Shown: positions 48,658 through 60,618 of the stretch, piece by piece
Position numbering within the stretch: position 1 is the stretch's first letter
Layout: the number at the start of each line of letters is the position of its first letter
NCBI GenBank assembly: GCA_963845515.1
Contig: CAWJSR010000023.1
Coordinates: forward strand, 184,726 to 248,725
Origin: an uncultured delta proteobacterium
Lineage (GTDB): Bacteria > Myxococcota > Myxococcia > Myxococcales > Anaeromyxobacteraceae
Direction: 5' to 3'
Length of the DNA stretch: 64,000 bases
Notes under the pieces: generated by a model
Databases searched by the model: none
Told to the model about the DNA's origin: nothing
Seen by the model: the letters and a program-made list of their open reading frames with translations, nothing else
Program-made: the position numbers and the translations under genes

Positions 48658-48852
48658 ATGACCGGAGTTCGTGTCAAGGATGGCGAGTCCTTCGAGAACG
48701 CCATGAAGCGCTTCAAGAAGTCGGTCGAGAAGGCGGGCATCCTCTCGGAGGTTCGCAAGCGCGAGCACTACGAGAAGCCCTCCGTGAAGAAGAAGAAGAA
48801 GGCCATCGCCGCCAAGAAGCGCGCGATGAAGAAGGCCCGGAAGACCTGGTAG
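48658..48852 (+). CDS. rpsU: 30S ribosomal protein S21
   Basis: [13 protein letters not shown]...[10 protein letters not shown]. Confidence 0.98.
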   Translation: MTGVRVKDGESFENAMKRFKKSVEKAGILSEVRKREHYEKPSVKKKKKAIAAKKRAMKKARKTW

Positions 48853-48868
48853 CCGTCCGGAGGCGCCC

Positions 48869-49318
48869 GTGGCGGTCAAGGAACAGCTCGACCAGGAGCT
48901 CAAGTCGGCGATGCGGGAGAAGGACGCCCTGAAGCTGAGCGTCATCCGCATGCTGAAGAGCGCCGTGAAGTACCGCGAGATCGAGCTCATGAAGCCGCTC
49001 GACGACGCGGGCGTCCTCGCCGTGATCTCCTCGGAGATCAAGCGGCGCAGGGACTCGGTCGAGCAGTACACGGCGGGCAACCGGGCCGACCTGGCCGAAA
49101 AGGAGGCCGCCGAGCTCAAGATCCTCCAGGCGTGGCTCCCGGCACAGCTCGGCGTCGAGGAGCTGAGGAAGCTCGTCGAGGCGGCGGTGCAGACGAGCGG
49201 CGCCCAGGGGCCGAAGGACATGGGGGCGGTGATGAAGCTCCTCATGCCCGACACCCAGGGCAAGGCCGACGGCAAGGTGGTCTCGGACATGGTGAAGGCA
49301 CGCCTCTCCGGAAAGTGA
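48869..49318 (+). CDS. GatB/YqeY domain protein
   Basis: LKSAMREKD, KRRRDS...GNRADLAEKE, KDMGAVM, GKADGK. Confidence 0.93.
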   Translation: MAVKEQLDQELKSAMREKDALKLSVIRMLKSAVKYREIELMKPLDDAGVLAVISSEIKRRRDSVEQYTAGNRADLAEKEAAELKILQAWLPAQLGVEELRKLVEAAVQTSGAQGPKDMGAVMKLLMPDTQGKADGKVVSDMVKARLSGK

Positions 49319-49333
49319 GAGAGGGGCACGGCC

Positions 49334-51169
49334 CTGATCCCCGAGGAGGTCATCGAGGAGATCCGGGCCCGCCTCGACGTGGTGGCGGTGATCGGGCGCC
49401 ACGTCGAGCTGAAGCGATCGGGACGCACGTGGAAGGGCTGCTGTCCCTTCCACGGCGAGAAGACGCCGAGCTTTCACGTCTATTCCGAGGACAAGCACTT
49501 CAAGTGCTACGGCTGTGGCGAGTACGGCGACGTCTTCAAGTTCCTGCAGAAGCTGCAGGGCAAGGAGTTTCCCGACGTGGTCAGGGAGCTCGCGGCCGAG
49601 GCGGGGGTGACCATCCCCGACGTCGTCGAGGAGTCGGCCGAGGCGCAGCAGCGGCGCAGGGATCGGAACGAGATTCACGCCGCCTGTGACGCGGCGGCCC
49701 GGTACTGGTCGGCGCGGCTCGCGAGCCGGTTCGGGGAGCCGGCGCGGCGCTACCTCGCCGGGCGGGGCGTGACGGACGAGATGGTCGTCGCGTTCCGGCT
49801 GGGCGTCGCCGCGCCGGAATGGAGCGACCTGCCGGGCAGGTTGAAGCAGAAGGGGATCGGCGTCGGCGCGATCAGCAAGGCGGGGCTCCTCGTGGAGGGG
49901 CGGGAGCGGGGTGACTACGACCGCTTCCGGGGGAGGCTGATGTTCCCGATCGCCGGGATCGACGGGCAGGTGATCGGGTTCGGTGGGCGGGCTTTGGGAG
50001 AAGAGAAGGGCGCGAAGTACATCAATACGCCGGAGACCCTGCTCTACAAGAAGAGCCGGGTCCTTTACGGGATCGACCTCGCGCGCGAGTCGATCCGGAA
50101 GACTCGGAGCGCGGTCCTGGTGGAGGGCTACTTCGACGTGATCGGGTTGCATCAGGCGGGCGTGAAGAACGCCGTCGCGGTGTGCGGAACCGCGCTCACG
50201 CCGGAGCACGTCGAGCTGCTCAAGCGCTGCGACTGCCGTGACGTGGTGGTCCTGTTCGACGGCGATCAGGCCGGCCTCGCCGCGCCGGCCAAGGCGGCCC
50301 AGGCGCTCCTGCCTGCGGGGCTCTCGGGGCGGGTCGCGGTCCTGCCGAGCGACAAGGGCAAGACCGATCCCGACGACTTCGCACGGGCCAACGGCCGGGC
50401 GGGCGTCGAGGCGCTGCTGGCGGCGGCCACGCCACTGTCCGAGTTCCTGATCGAGCGCTCCGTGGAGCGCGCCTGCGGCCAGCGCGGTCGCGAGGCATCC
50501 CTGGAGGCCAAGCTCGCCGCGGTCCGCGACCTCGCCCCTCTCGTGAAGCTCGCCCCCGAGGGGCTCGCGCGCACCACCTTCGAGGACGCGATCGCGAGGC
50601 GGCTGGACCTCGACGCAGACGCGCTGCGCGCCGAGATCTCGGGCGAGCGTCCGCGGCGGCACGACCCCCAGCCCATGATGCCCTCCGCGCCGACCCGGCG
50701 CCCGGGCGCGCAGCTCAAGGTGGTGCTGGTCGGGCCGGCCGCCGACGCCCTGGGGCTGCTCGCGGCCTTCCCCGATCTGGCCGGCGCGGCGGCCGAGGAG
50801 GGGCTCCCGCGGCTGCTGCCGGCCGAGCCGCTGGCAGAGATCGCGGCGGAGCTGATCCGCTCGCACCCCGGGACGGAGCAGGCGGTCGAACGGATCGCGG
50901 AGGTGGCCGGCGAGGCCACCGTCAGGCGCATCCGGGATCTCTGCGGGCCGCTCCGTCCGCGCACCGCGGCCGAGGGGGAGCGGGAGCTTCGCAGGGCGGC
51001 GATCAAGGCGGCGATCTGGAAGGTCGTCGCCGAGCAGGACGAGGTGGCAAGGCTCACCGCACTCGGGAGCTCACCGGTCCCCGAGGAGCTGCGCAAGCGT
51101 GGCGAGACCGCCTTCCGGCGGCGCGCCGATCTGGAGAAGCGGCTGAGCTCGCTGGAGAAGGGGCCGTAG
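49334..51169 (+). CDS. dnaG: DNA primase (probable CTG start)
   Basis: CPFH..CYGC zinc finger, KYINTPET, TOPRIM VEGYFDV/FDGD, DPDD; N-terminus IPEEVIEEIR lies upstream of the called GTG. Confidence 0.96.
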   Translation: MIPEEVIEEIRARLDVVAVIGRHVELKRSGRTWKGCCPFHGEKTPSFHVYSEDKHFKCYGCGEYGDVFKFLQKLQGKEFPDVVRELAAEAGVTIPDVVEESAEAQQRRRDRNEIHAACDAAARYWSARLASRFGEPARRYLAGRGVTDEMVVAFRLGVAAPEWSDLPGRLKQKGIGVGAISKAGLLVEGRERGDYDRFRGRLMFPIAGIDGQVIGFGGRALGEEKGAKYINTPETLLYKKSRVLYGIDLARESIRKTRSAVLVEGYFDVIGLHQAGVKNAVAVCGTALTPEHVELLKRCDCRDVVVLFDGDQAGLAAPAKAAQALLPAGLSGRVAVLPSDKGKTDPDDFARANGRAGVEALLAAATPLSEFLIERSVERACGQRGREASLEAKLAAVRDLAPLVKLAPEGLARTTFEDAIARRLDLDADALRAEISGERPRRHDPQPMMPSAPTRRPGAQLKVVLVGPAADALGLLAAFPDLAGAAAEEGLPRLLPAEPLAEIAAELIRSHPGTEQAVERIAEVAGEATVRRIRDLCGPLRPRTAAEGERELRRAAIKAAIWKVVAEQDEVARLTALGSSPVPEELRKRGETAFRRRADLEKRLSSLEKGP

Positions 51170-51245
51170 GCGCCGGGTCCGTGGCGTGGTTACGTTTCGA
51201 GGGTTCAAGCAGGCCGGCGCAGGTAGGCCGAGGAGCAGAGAGAAG

Positions 51246-53448
<2,203 letters not shown>

Positions 53449-53457
53449 TCAAACGTA

Positions 53458-53530
53458 GGGCCCATAGCTCAACGGTCAGAGCTGTCGGCTCATAACCGAT
53501 CAGATCCAGGTTCGAATCCTGGTGGGCCCA
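53458..53530 (+). tRNA. tRNA with CAT anticodon, most likely tRNA-Ile2 (lysidine); CCA not encoded
   Basis: GGGCCCA/TGGGCCC acceptor stem, TAGCTCA D-arm, CTCATAA loop, GTTCGAATC T-loop; position after rpoD mirrors E. coli ileX. Confidence 0.9.
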
Positions 53531-53559
53531 CAACAACGCCGGGCGCGAGGAGACGTGAA

Positions 53560-54300
53560 GTGACGCTGCGTGAGATGCTGGATGCTCTGGAAGCACTGCA
53601 GGCGATCGATCTCGAGAAGTCCGCGGTGCTGGACGAGGCCGCCACCCTGCCGGAGCGCAGGGCCGAGATCGACGGGAGCCTGAAGCAGGCCAGGCGCGGT
53701 TACGACGAGCAGCGTCAGAAGCTCGAGGCGAACGAGCGCGAGCGGAGGCAGCTCGACCAGCTCCTCCAGATGGAGCGGGACAAGGTCAAGAAGTGGGAGG
53801 GGCGGCTCGGCGACATCAAGACGCCGCGCGAGTATGCCGCCCTCAACCGCGAGATCGAGATCGCCAAGAAGCAGAACGACCACGCGAACGAGCAGATCCG
53901 CGAGCTCACCGCGGCCGCCGGCGAGATCCAGAAGGCCATGGAGGCGGGCGAGGAGGCGCTGCTGGAGCGCGAGGAGGAGGCCCAGTCCAGGCTGAAGGCG
54001 CTGGACGCCCGCCAGGCCGAGATCGACGAGCTGCTGCGCTCCTTCGACGCCCGTCGCGCCGATGCCGCCAAGCTGGTCGAGCCGGTGCTCCTGAAGCGCT
54101 ACGACGCGATCCGGAAGAAGCGCGCCGGCGCCGCCATCGCGCTGGTCGTCGGGGGCACCTGCCGTGGCTGCCACCGCAACATCCCGCCGCAGCTCGCCCT
54201 GATCCTCGCACGGGCAAACTCGATCGAGTCCTGTCCGAGCTGCAACCGGATCATCTACTCCGCAGAGGCCGTCAGCCCGCCCGCGCCGAGTCCGTCCTAG
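53560..54300 (+). CDS. Coiled-coil protein with C4 zinc ribbon (DUF164/CT398-like)
   Basis: LQAID, long coiled coil, CRGC...CPSCNRI. Confidence 0.88.
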   Translation: MTLREMLDALEALQAIDLEKSAVLDEAATLPERRAEIDGSLKQARRGYDEQRQKLEANERERRQLDQLLQMERDKVKKWEGRLGDIKTPREYAALNREIEIAKKQNDHANEQIRELTAAAGEIQKAMEAGEEALLEREEEAQSRLKALDARQAEIDELLRSFDARRADAAKLVEPVLLKRYDAIRKKRAGAAIALVVGGTCRGCHRNIPPQLALILARANSIESCPSCNRIIYSAEAVSPPAPSPS

Positions 54301-54308
54301 GAGCACAC

Positions 54309-55064
54309 GTGTCGAAGCCCGTACTGGTGGAGCTCCTGCGGTTCATCGCCGCCAACGAGGACCTCCCCCGCACCCTGAAGCGCTACGCCGGCTACGACCG
54401 GAACACGCTCGGCAAGCTGATCGACGCTGCCGCCGACCGGGTCGAGGAGCTCGAGAAGTCCAGGGAGCCGGTCGCCGCCACGGGATCCAAGGTGGTCAAG
54501 GTCCGCAAGGCCTCCGAGGTCGAGAAGGCCGCGCGCCAGGCGCAGGAGGAGCTCGACGAGGCGATGAACCTCTCCAAGGTCGAGCGGGACCGGCGCAAGG
54601 CGGAGCGCGCGGTGCAGGCCGAGCGCGAGCGGGCCGAGGTCGCGCAGGCGGAGGCGCGGCCGGTCCGGACCCGCCTCTTCACCGACGGGGCGGCGCGCGG
54701 GAACCCGGGGCCGGCAGGCGCGGGCGCGGTCATCGTCAACGCGGACGGACACATCGTCGCCCAGGTCGGGAAGTTCCTCGGGGACAGCACCAACAACGTC
54801 GCCGAGTACATGGGGCTCATCCTCGGCCTGAAGCGCGCCAAGGCGATGGGGATCAAGGAGCTGGACGTCCTCGCCGACTCGGAGCTGATGGTGAAGCAGC
54901 TCTCCGGCGAGTACGCCGTGAAGGCGGAGCACCTGAAGCCGCTCCACCTCGAGGCGGAGGCCCTCCTCAAGGGCTTCGCCGACGTCACCGTCCGGCACAT
55001 CCCGCGCGAGGAGAACTCCGCCGCGGACGCGATGTCGAACCGGGCGATCGACGAGCGACTGTGA
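54309..55064 (+). CDS. rnhA: Ribonuclease HI with N-terminal extension
   Basis: TDGAARGNPGPAGAG, TNNVAEY, DSELMVKQ, HIPREEN..AD. Confidence 0.92.
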   Translation: MSKPVLVELLRFIAANEDLPRTLKRYAGYDRNTLGKLIDAAADRVEELEKSREPVAATGSKVVKVRKASEVEKAARQAQEELDEAMNLSKVERDRRKAERAVQAERERAEVAQAEARPVRTRLFTDGAARGNPGPAGAGAVIVNADGHIVAQVGKFLGDSTNNVAEYMGLILGLKRAKAMGIKELDVLADSELMVKQLSGEYAVKAEHLKPLHLEAEALLKGFADVTVRHIPREENSAADAMSNRAIDERL

Positions 55065-55771
55065 AGCCCTGGCAGACGATCGCGACCTCCACCGCGCCCG
55101 ACGGCGCTGTGCTCGTGCTCGCGCGGCGCGACGACGAGTGGGTGGTCCGGGCGGCCGGACGCGTGCTGATGTCCTCCCGCCAGCACGGCTCCGAGGAGGC
55201 GCTGGCGAAGCTCGCGCTGGAGCGGGCGGCGAAGCGGCGGCGCGTCCTGGTCGGCGGCCTGGGGCTCGGCTTCACGCTGCGGGCGGTGCTCGACCGGATC
55301 CCCGTCGACGCCTCGGTCGAGGTCGTCGAGTTGCTGCCCGCGCTCGTGCAGTGGAACCGTGAGCATTGCTCGAAGCTCGCCGGCCGGCCGCTCGACGACC
55401 GGCGCGTTCACGTCGTGGAAGGGGACGTCCGGGCCCGGCTAGCCCGGATCCGCACGCCGCTCGACGTCGTCCTGCTCGACGTCGACAACGGGCCGGCCGC
55501 GCTGGCCCACCCCGCCAACGACGGACTCTACGGCGAGGTCGGGCTCGCCCTGTGCCACGGAGCCCTGGCCGACGGCGGCGTGGTGGCGGTCTGGTCGGCG
55601 CAGCCGGACGACCGCTTCCTCAAGCGGATGGGAATGGCCGGGTTCGAGGCGGCGGCGGTCCCGACGGCGGCGCGCGGCGAGGAGGGCGGCCCGCGCCACG
55701 TCGTCTTCGTCGGCGTGAAGCGCGACCTGGATGCACCGTCGCACGGTCGAGGCCGACCGGGACGTCGCTGA
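55061..55771 (+). CDS. Spermidine synthase-like SAM-dependent methyltransferase
   Basis: LMSSR.HGSE, VLVGGLGLGFT, LLDVDNGP. Confidence 0.8.
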   Translation: MKPWQTIATSTAPDGAVLVLARRDDEWVVRAAGRVLMSSRQHGSEEALAKLALERAAKRRRVLVGGLGLGFTLRAVLDRIPVDASVEVVELLPALVQWNREHCSKLAGRPLDDRRVHVVEGDVRARLARIRTPLDVVLLDVDNGPAALAHPANDGLYGEVGLALCHGALADGGVVAVWSAQPDDRFLKRMGMAGFEAAAVPTAARGEEGGPRHVVFVGVKRDLDAPSHGRGRPGRR

Positions 55772-55859
55772 CGCGCCCGGCGGCGCCGCTCCGCAGACGA
55801 GAGGAGCCCGGCCGTGAGACCGGGCTCCAGCGAGCGAGCGTCGATTCGCGCCTACGCCG

Positions 55860-56732
55860 CTATGGGATCGGGTGGCCCGTCGCCTTGTCCCCGTGGCAGG
55901 AGACGCAGGTCATGTCCGACGCGACGGACGGGTTCACCGCCGCGGCCGCCGTGTGGCAGCCGTCGCACGCCGCGTTGGGGTCTGCAGTCGGGATGGTGCC
56001 GTAGGCACGTGGGCTCGCGGCGAGGTAGGCGTTGAGGATCGTCGCCGCCTTTCCCACCACGTCGGCCGTCAGCCTGGCGCAGCGAGCCTTCTTGTCGCCG
56101 CTGCCGGCGCTGACGCCGTTCACAGCGCACCAGCCCGACACGGACGCGTGGCAGAGGTGTGAGGTTGGCGCGGCGGTCACGACGTCGGTCTTCGCCGGAT
56201 CGGAGCCGGTGAAGTCGAGCGTGACCACCTCCAACGGATCGACGGTGACCGGGACGTAGACGGGGAAGGCGTTGGTCTCGTACCAGCGCAGCAGATCCCA
56301 GGTCATGTTCTTACGCGCCGCGGCGTCGGAGACCACCATGTTGAAGATGAGCTGGGAGCCCATGAGCGCTCCGCAGATGCTGCCGTAGGAGTCGATGCCT
56401 CCCGCGCCGAACTTGCCGAAGGCGGCGGGGAAGGCGTCGAAGGGCGCTCCCACCGTCGAGGAGAGGTGACCGAGGAGCGAGCTGAACGAACCGTGGCCGC
56501 ACCCGCCGGCGTAGTACGCGTGGTAGGCCGACTCCTGGACCGCCGCGACGTCCACCTGGTATGCGGCCGCGATGTGCGTCTCGTACGGGAAGTCGGAGAC
56601 CTGGGGCTTCGCGACGGGGCTGCTCTCGTCCTCCTCACCGCAGCCCTGAAGCGAGCCGAGCGTGACGAGGCCGCCGACCGCAAGGCCGGCTCTCGCGATC
56701 ATGTTTCTTCTGCCGAGCTGTTCCACTTTCAT
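55860..56732 (-). CDS. Exported C-GCAxxG-C-C protein with two c-heme motifs (split-Soret cytochrome c-like)
   Basis: RRNMI twin-Arg-like signal; GGCG, SICGALMG, LCHASV..WC, RCARL; CDGCH and CVSCH. Confidence 0.75.
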   Translation of the reverse strand: MKVEQLGRRNMIARAGLAVGGLVTLGSLQGCGEEDESSPVAKPQVSDFPYETHIAAAYQVDVAAVQESAYHAYYAGGCGHGSFSSLLGHLSSTVGAPFDAFPAAFGKFGAGGIDSYGSICGALMGSQLIFNMVVSDAAARKNMTWDLLRWYETNAFPVYVPVTVDPLEVVTLDFTGSDPAKTDVVTAAPTSHLCHASVSGWCAVNGVSAGSGDKKARCARLTADVVGKAATILNAYLAASPRAYGTIPTADPNAACDGCHTAAAAVNPSVASDMTCVSCHGDKATGHPIP

Positions 56733-57019
56733 CCGCGTGGTCCTCCAGCGTAGATGTGTGGCGCCCGCTCGGGCCAGTCTGGCCCGGTGTCGCTGCGCCA
56801 CATGCGTGACTGATTGGCGTGGACGAGAGCAAGCGGGGTGCCGTGCCGGCGCGGCGAGGGGCCGCCCGTAAGCGCCCGGGACTCCAGCGCCGTGAGCGCA
56901 CAGCAGGCATGCCGTCGCAGGTCGGACGTGACCTTGGGTGAAGCCACTCGGGGAATATGACCCGTTAACGTTAACCGTTAACGCCCCCGCGAGGTCGTGC
57001 GGGCGGGTGAGCCGAAGTC

Positions 57020-57577
57020 CTAGAGCGCCGACTCGTGCTCGCTGGCGCCGCGGACTTCCTCGGCGGTCTCGGACGCGCGCTCGGCCTTGAGCTTCTTCAT
57101 CCGCTTGCGGATGAGGTCGCGCTTGAGGCTCGAGAGGTGGTCTACGAACAGGACGCCATCGAGGTGGTCGATCTCGTGCTGGAGCGCGATGCCGAGGAGC
57201 CCCTCGCCCTCGAGCTCGATCGCCTTCCCGTCGCGGTCGAGCGCACGGACCCAGACCTTGGCAGCCCGCTCGACCTCCTCGGCCTCGCCGGGGACCGACA
57301 GGCAGCCCTCGGTGTAGGTCGTCTGCCCCTCGGTCTTCACGATCTCCGGGTTGACGAGGTGGAGCAGCTTCTGCCCCTCCTGACGCGGCGAGGTGTCGAT
57401 CACGACGAGCCGCCTCGAGACGCCGAGCTGCGGCGCGGCGAGGCCGACGCCGTCGGCCGCGTACATCGTCTCTGCCATGTCGTCGAGCAGCCTACGGACC
57501 TCGGCGTCGACGCGCGTCACGGGGGCGGCGGGCTTCTTCAGGATCGGATCGGGCCAGATGACGATGTCGCGGACCAT
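57020..57577 (-). CDS. def: Peptide deformylase
   Basis: GVGLAAPQ, EGCLS, QHEIDHLDG. Confidence 0.97.
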   Translation of the reverse strand: MVRDIVIWPDPILKKPAAPVTRVDAEVRRLLDDMAETMYAADGVGLAAPQLGVSRRLVVIDTSPRQEGQKLLHLVNPEIVKTEGQTTYTEGCLSVPGEAEEVERAAKVWVRALDRDGKAIELEGEGLLGIALQHEIDHLDGVLFVDHLSSLKRDLIRKRMKKLKAERASETAEEVRGASEHESAL

Positions 57578-57708
57578 TCGGGGGCTCAATCTAGCTCCAG
57601 ACGGATCTAACGCGCCAGAGGTTCGCGCGCAGGGGAACTCGCGGCCCATCCCTCTACGACGCCCTCCCCTGAGCGGGTGTTTACCCGGCCTGCCAGAGCA
57701 GGTGGCGC

Positions 57709-60507
57709 TCAGAGCCCGGCGACGTAGGCCTCGCGCAGGGTGTCCTCCGAGAGCACCTCGCGCGCGTCCTGGAGCACGCTGCGGATCTCCTCCAGCTTGG
57801 CGTCGAGGTCGTCGTCCGCGTGGCCCGCGAAGCGGCGCGGGTCGAACTCGGCGAGCAGCCGGTCCGCAGCCTCCCGCACCTCGTGGGGAGTGCAGCCCCG
57901 CGCCACGCCGAGGATGGTGAAGTAGTCGGTGCGCCGGACCTGGTCGAGCTTGTCCCGGACCCGCCCGAGGTCGATGGCGGTGGCCGCGGCGCTCGCGGAG
58001 CGCCCGGCCTGGAGGACCCTGACGGCGAGGACCCCGGTGAGCGCGAGACCTGCGAGGACCTGCCGGGCAGTGAGCTGATCCACCGGGCTCGACGCGAGGA
58101 TCTCGTCGAGCGTCCGGAGCCCGTCGGCGAGCTGAACGAGGCGCCGCTCCTCCGGGGAGAGCCCGAGCTCGGTCAGCGCCGGACCGCCCTGCACCGGCGA
58201 GAGGAGCGTTCCAGGCCCGCCGAGGACCGCGTCGAGCCGGCCCAGCTGCCACCTGCGGCGGACACCTTCGAGCGCGAGCGCGAGCGGCTCGCGCTCCAGC
58301 GAGACGCGCTCGTCGGGAGGAACGTGCTCGGGGGCCCAGCGGAAGCGCGCCCCCTCGTCGGCGAAGAGGCCGAACAGCACCTCCTCGGTCCGCCGCCTGA
58401 CGAGCGCGGTCAGCTCGTGGGGCTTGATGTAGCCGCGCTCGAGGAGCAGCACGCCGGCGCGGCGCGTCGGGAGGGAGGCGACGGCCGACGCGGCGGCCCG
58501 GTGCTGATCGCGCGTGAGCACGCCGAGCCGGAGCGCGACCTCCTCGATCCGCTCCTGCGGCGCGCTCGAGGTGGCCCCGACGGCGCGGCCGGCCTCGAAG
58601 TAGAGCGTTCGCGCGGCCTCTCCCTGGAAGTCGAGCCGCCCACCAAGCCGGGTCCGCGCCGCCAGCGCGAGCAGGCGCGGGAGGGGCAGCTCGGCGACCG
58701 AGCCGCTGCGGAGCTCGGCGTGCGGAGGTGAGGGGGGGCGATCGTCGCCGACGTCCGGCGAAGGGGTGCGGTGCGGCTCGCGCTCCACCCGCTCGGGCGG
58801 GCGCTCGGCTCCGGCCGTCTCGAGCGGCTCGGGCGTCGCCTGGCGCAGCGCCTGGACCCGGCGGCGGACAGCCGCCTCGTCGCCCGACGGCTCGTCTCCC
58901 ATCTCCGCCAGCGCGGCCCGCTCGCTCGCGAGCCGTTCGTTCGCCTCGGCGATCCGCGCCAGCTCCGCCTCGGCGTCGGCCCGCCGGCGGCGCTCCAGCT
59001 CGCGCTCCCGCCTGATCATCTCCATCTCGGCCCGGGCGCTGTCTATGGCGGACCGGACCTGGGCCTCGGCCTCCTCCTGCGCCTGCTCCGTCGCGAGGCG
59101 GCGGGCCTCTTCCGCGGCCTGCCCCTCGGCGGCGGCGCGGTCGAGGAGGGTCTTCAGCCTCGCCTCGGTGTCGCGCTTCTGCCGTTCGAGCTGGGAGCGG
59201 AGTCGATCCACCTCCGCCTCCAGGGACTGGCGCGTCTCCTTCTCGCTCGAGGCCGCCTCCTCGGCCTGTCGGCGCCCCTCCTCCTCGATGCGCGCCTTCT
59301 CCTCGGCCTCCGCCGCGCGGCGCCCCTCCTCATCCGCCTTGCGGCGGGCGGCGTCGGCTCGCTTCTTCTCCTCCGTTGCGCGGCGCGCCGCCTCGGTCCG
59401 CCGGCGCTCCTCGTCACGCGCCTTCTGCTCCGCCTCGGCGGTGCGGCGCGAGCCTTCCTCGGCCCGCTTTCGCTCCTCTTCGGCGCGGCGCTGCTCCTCC
59501 TCCGCGTGGCGCTGCGCTTCCTCGGCGCGAAGCCGCTCCTCCTCTGCCCGGCGGTGCTCCTCATCGGCCTTGCGGCGCGCCTCCTGCGCGCGGCGCCGCT
59601 CCTCCTCGGCCTTCCTGGCGGCGAGCCCGCGCTTGCGCTCCTCCTCTGCCCGGCGCTGCTCCTCCTCGCCCCGCCGCTGCTCCTCCTCGGCGCGGCGCTG
59701 CTCCTCCTCGCGGGCGCGCACCTGGGCCTGCCGCTCGCGCTCCTGGGCCTGGCGGGCGGCGCGCGCCTGCGCGATGGCGAACTCCTCCGCCTCGGCGCGC
59801 TGCGCTGCCTCCACCGTGGCGCGGTCGGCCTGCCGCACGCGGGCCTTCTTCTCGGCCGCGTGGGCCCGCTCGGCATCCTCGGCGCGCTTGAGCACCGCCT
59901 CGAGGTCGTCGCCGATCTGCTCGAAGGAGGGCATGGCCGGCTCGGGCTCGGCTGGCGGCGGCGGGCGGGGCGCAGGGCGTGACGCCGGGCGGGGCGCCGG
60001 CGCCGGCGCCGGAGGCCGGGCGGTCGGGGGTCCCTTTGCCGGCGCGGCTCCCTGCCGGAGCTGCGAGGCGCGCGCGAGGAGTGCGTCGGCGGCGGACTTT
60101 CGCGGCGCAGCCGGCGGGGCGACGGCAGTCGGCCTCCTGGCCGGCTGCGGCGCCGCCTGGACGGCTCCCTCGCCGACGGCGGCCCTTACGAACTCGGCCA
60201 GCTGGGCGGGATCGACTGGGCGGGGCAGCTGGCTGGCGGTGGGAGCCGCGTCGGGCGCGTTGCCGAGCACGATTACCGGTACGTCGGACGTCGGCTCGTC
60301 CTCCGCCAGCTTGCGGGTGAGCGCGACACCGTGGCCGCCCTCGCAGGTGGCCCCGATGATGACGAGGTCCGGGCGCTGGAACTCGATCGCCGTCACCGCG
60401 TCGTTGGTGTTGGTCGCGAGGACGGGCTGGTGCCCCGCGCGGGTCAGCACCCGCTTCACGGCCGAGATCTCGGCGATGTCGTCGTCGACCAGGAGGATGC
60501 GCGCCAC
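57709..60507 (-). CDS. Pseudo-receiver/coiled-coil/DUF4388-like/J-like multidomain protein
   Basis: ILLVDDD receiver start; long E/R/A coiled coil; LRSGSV..LPRLL block; DYFTILGV J-like C-terminus. Confidence 0.7.
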   Translation of the reverse strand: MARILLVDDDIAEISAVKRVLTRAGHQPVLATNTNDAVTAIEFQRPDLVIIGATCEGGHGVALTRKLAEDEPTSDVPVIVLGNAPDAAPTASQLPRPVDPAQLAEFVRAAVGEGAVQAAPQPARRPTAVAPPAAPRKSAADALLARASQLRQGAAPAKGPPTARPPAPAPAPRPASRPAPRPPPPAEPEPAMPSFEQIGDDLEAVLKRAEDAERAHAAEKKARVRQADRATVEAAQRAEAEEFAIAQARAARQAQERERQAQVRAREEEQRRAEEEQRRGEEEQRRAEEERKRGLAARKAEEERRRAQEARRKADEEHRRAEEERLRAEEAQRHAEEEQRRAEEERKRAEEGSRRTAEAEQKARDEERRRTEAARRATEEKKRADAARRKADEEGRRAAEAEEKARIEEEGRRQAEEAASSEKETRQSLEAEVDRLRSQLERQKRDTEARLKTLLDRAAAEGQAAEEARRLATEQAQEEAEAQVRSAIDSARAEMEMIRRERELERRRRADAEAELARIAEANERLASERAALAEMGDEPSGDEAAVRRRVQALRQATPEPLETAGAERPPERVEREPHRTPSPDVGDDRPPSPPHAELRSGSVAELPLPRLLALAARTRLGGRLDFQGEAARTLYFEAGRAVGATSSAPQERIEEVALRLGVLTRDQHRAAASAVASLPTRRAGVLLLERGYIKPHELTALVRRRTEEVLFGLFADEGARFRWAPEHVPPDERVSLEREPLALALEGVRRRWQLGRLDAVLGGPGTLLSPVQGGPALTELGLSPEERRLVQLADGLRTLDEILASSPVDQLTARQVLAGLALTGVLAVRVLQAGRSASAAATAIDLGRVRDKLDQVRRTDYFTILGVARGCTPHEVREAADRLLAEFDPRRFAGHADDDLDAKLEEIRSVLQDAREVLSEDTLREAYVAGL

Positions 60508-60618
60508 GCGGGCGGATTATGGATCGCGGCCGGAGGTGCGCCAAGTAAGCGGGCTCCGTGATGTTTTTCGGGCCGGCCGATATCGGGGGAGGACGATGAG
60601 CCCGGGCGTCGCCGGACC

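Noticed and set aside
59200..59760. Tandem repeat or CRISPR-like array
   Set aside because: The repeats are in-frame coiled-coil codons (EEQRRA) with no spacers and no cas genes.
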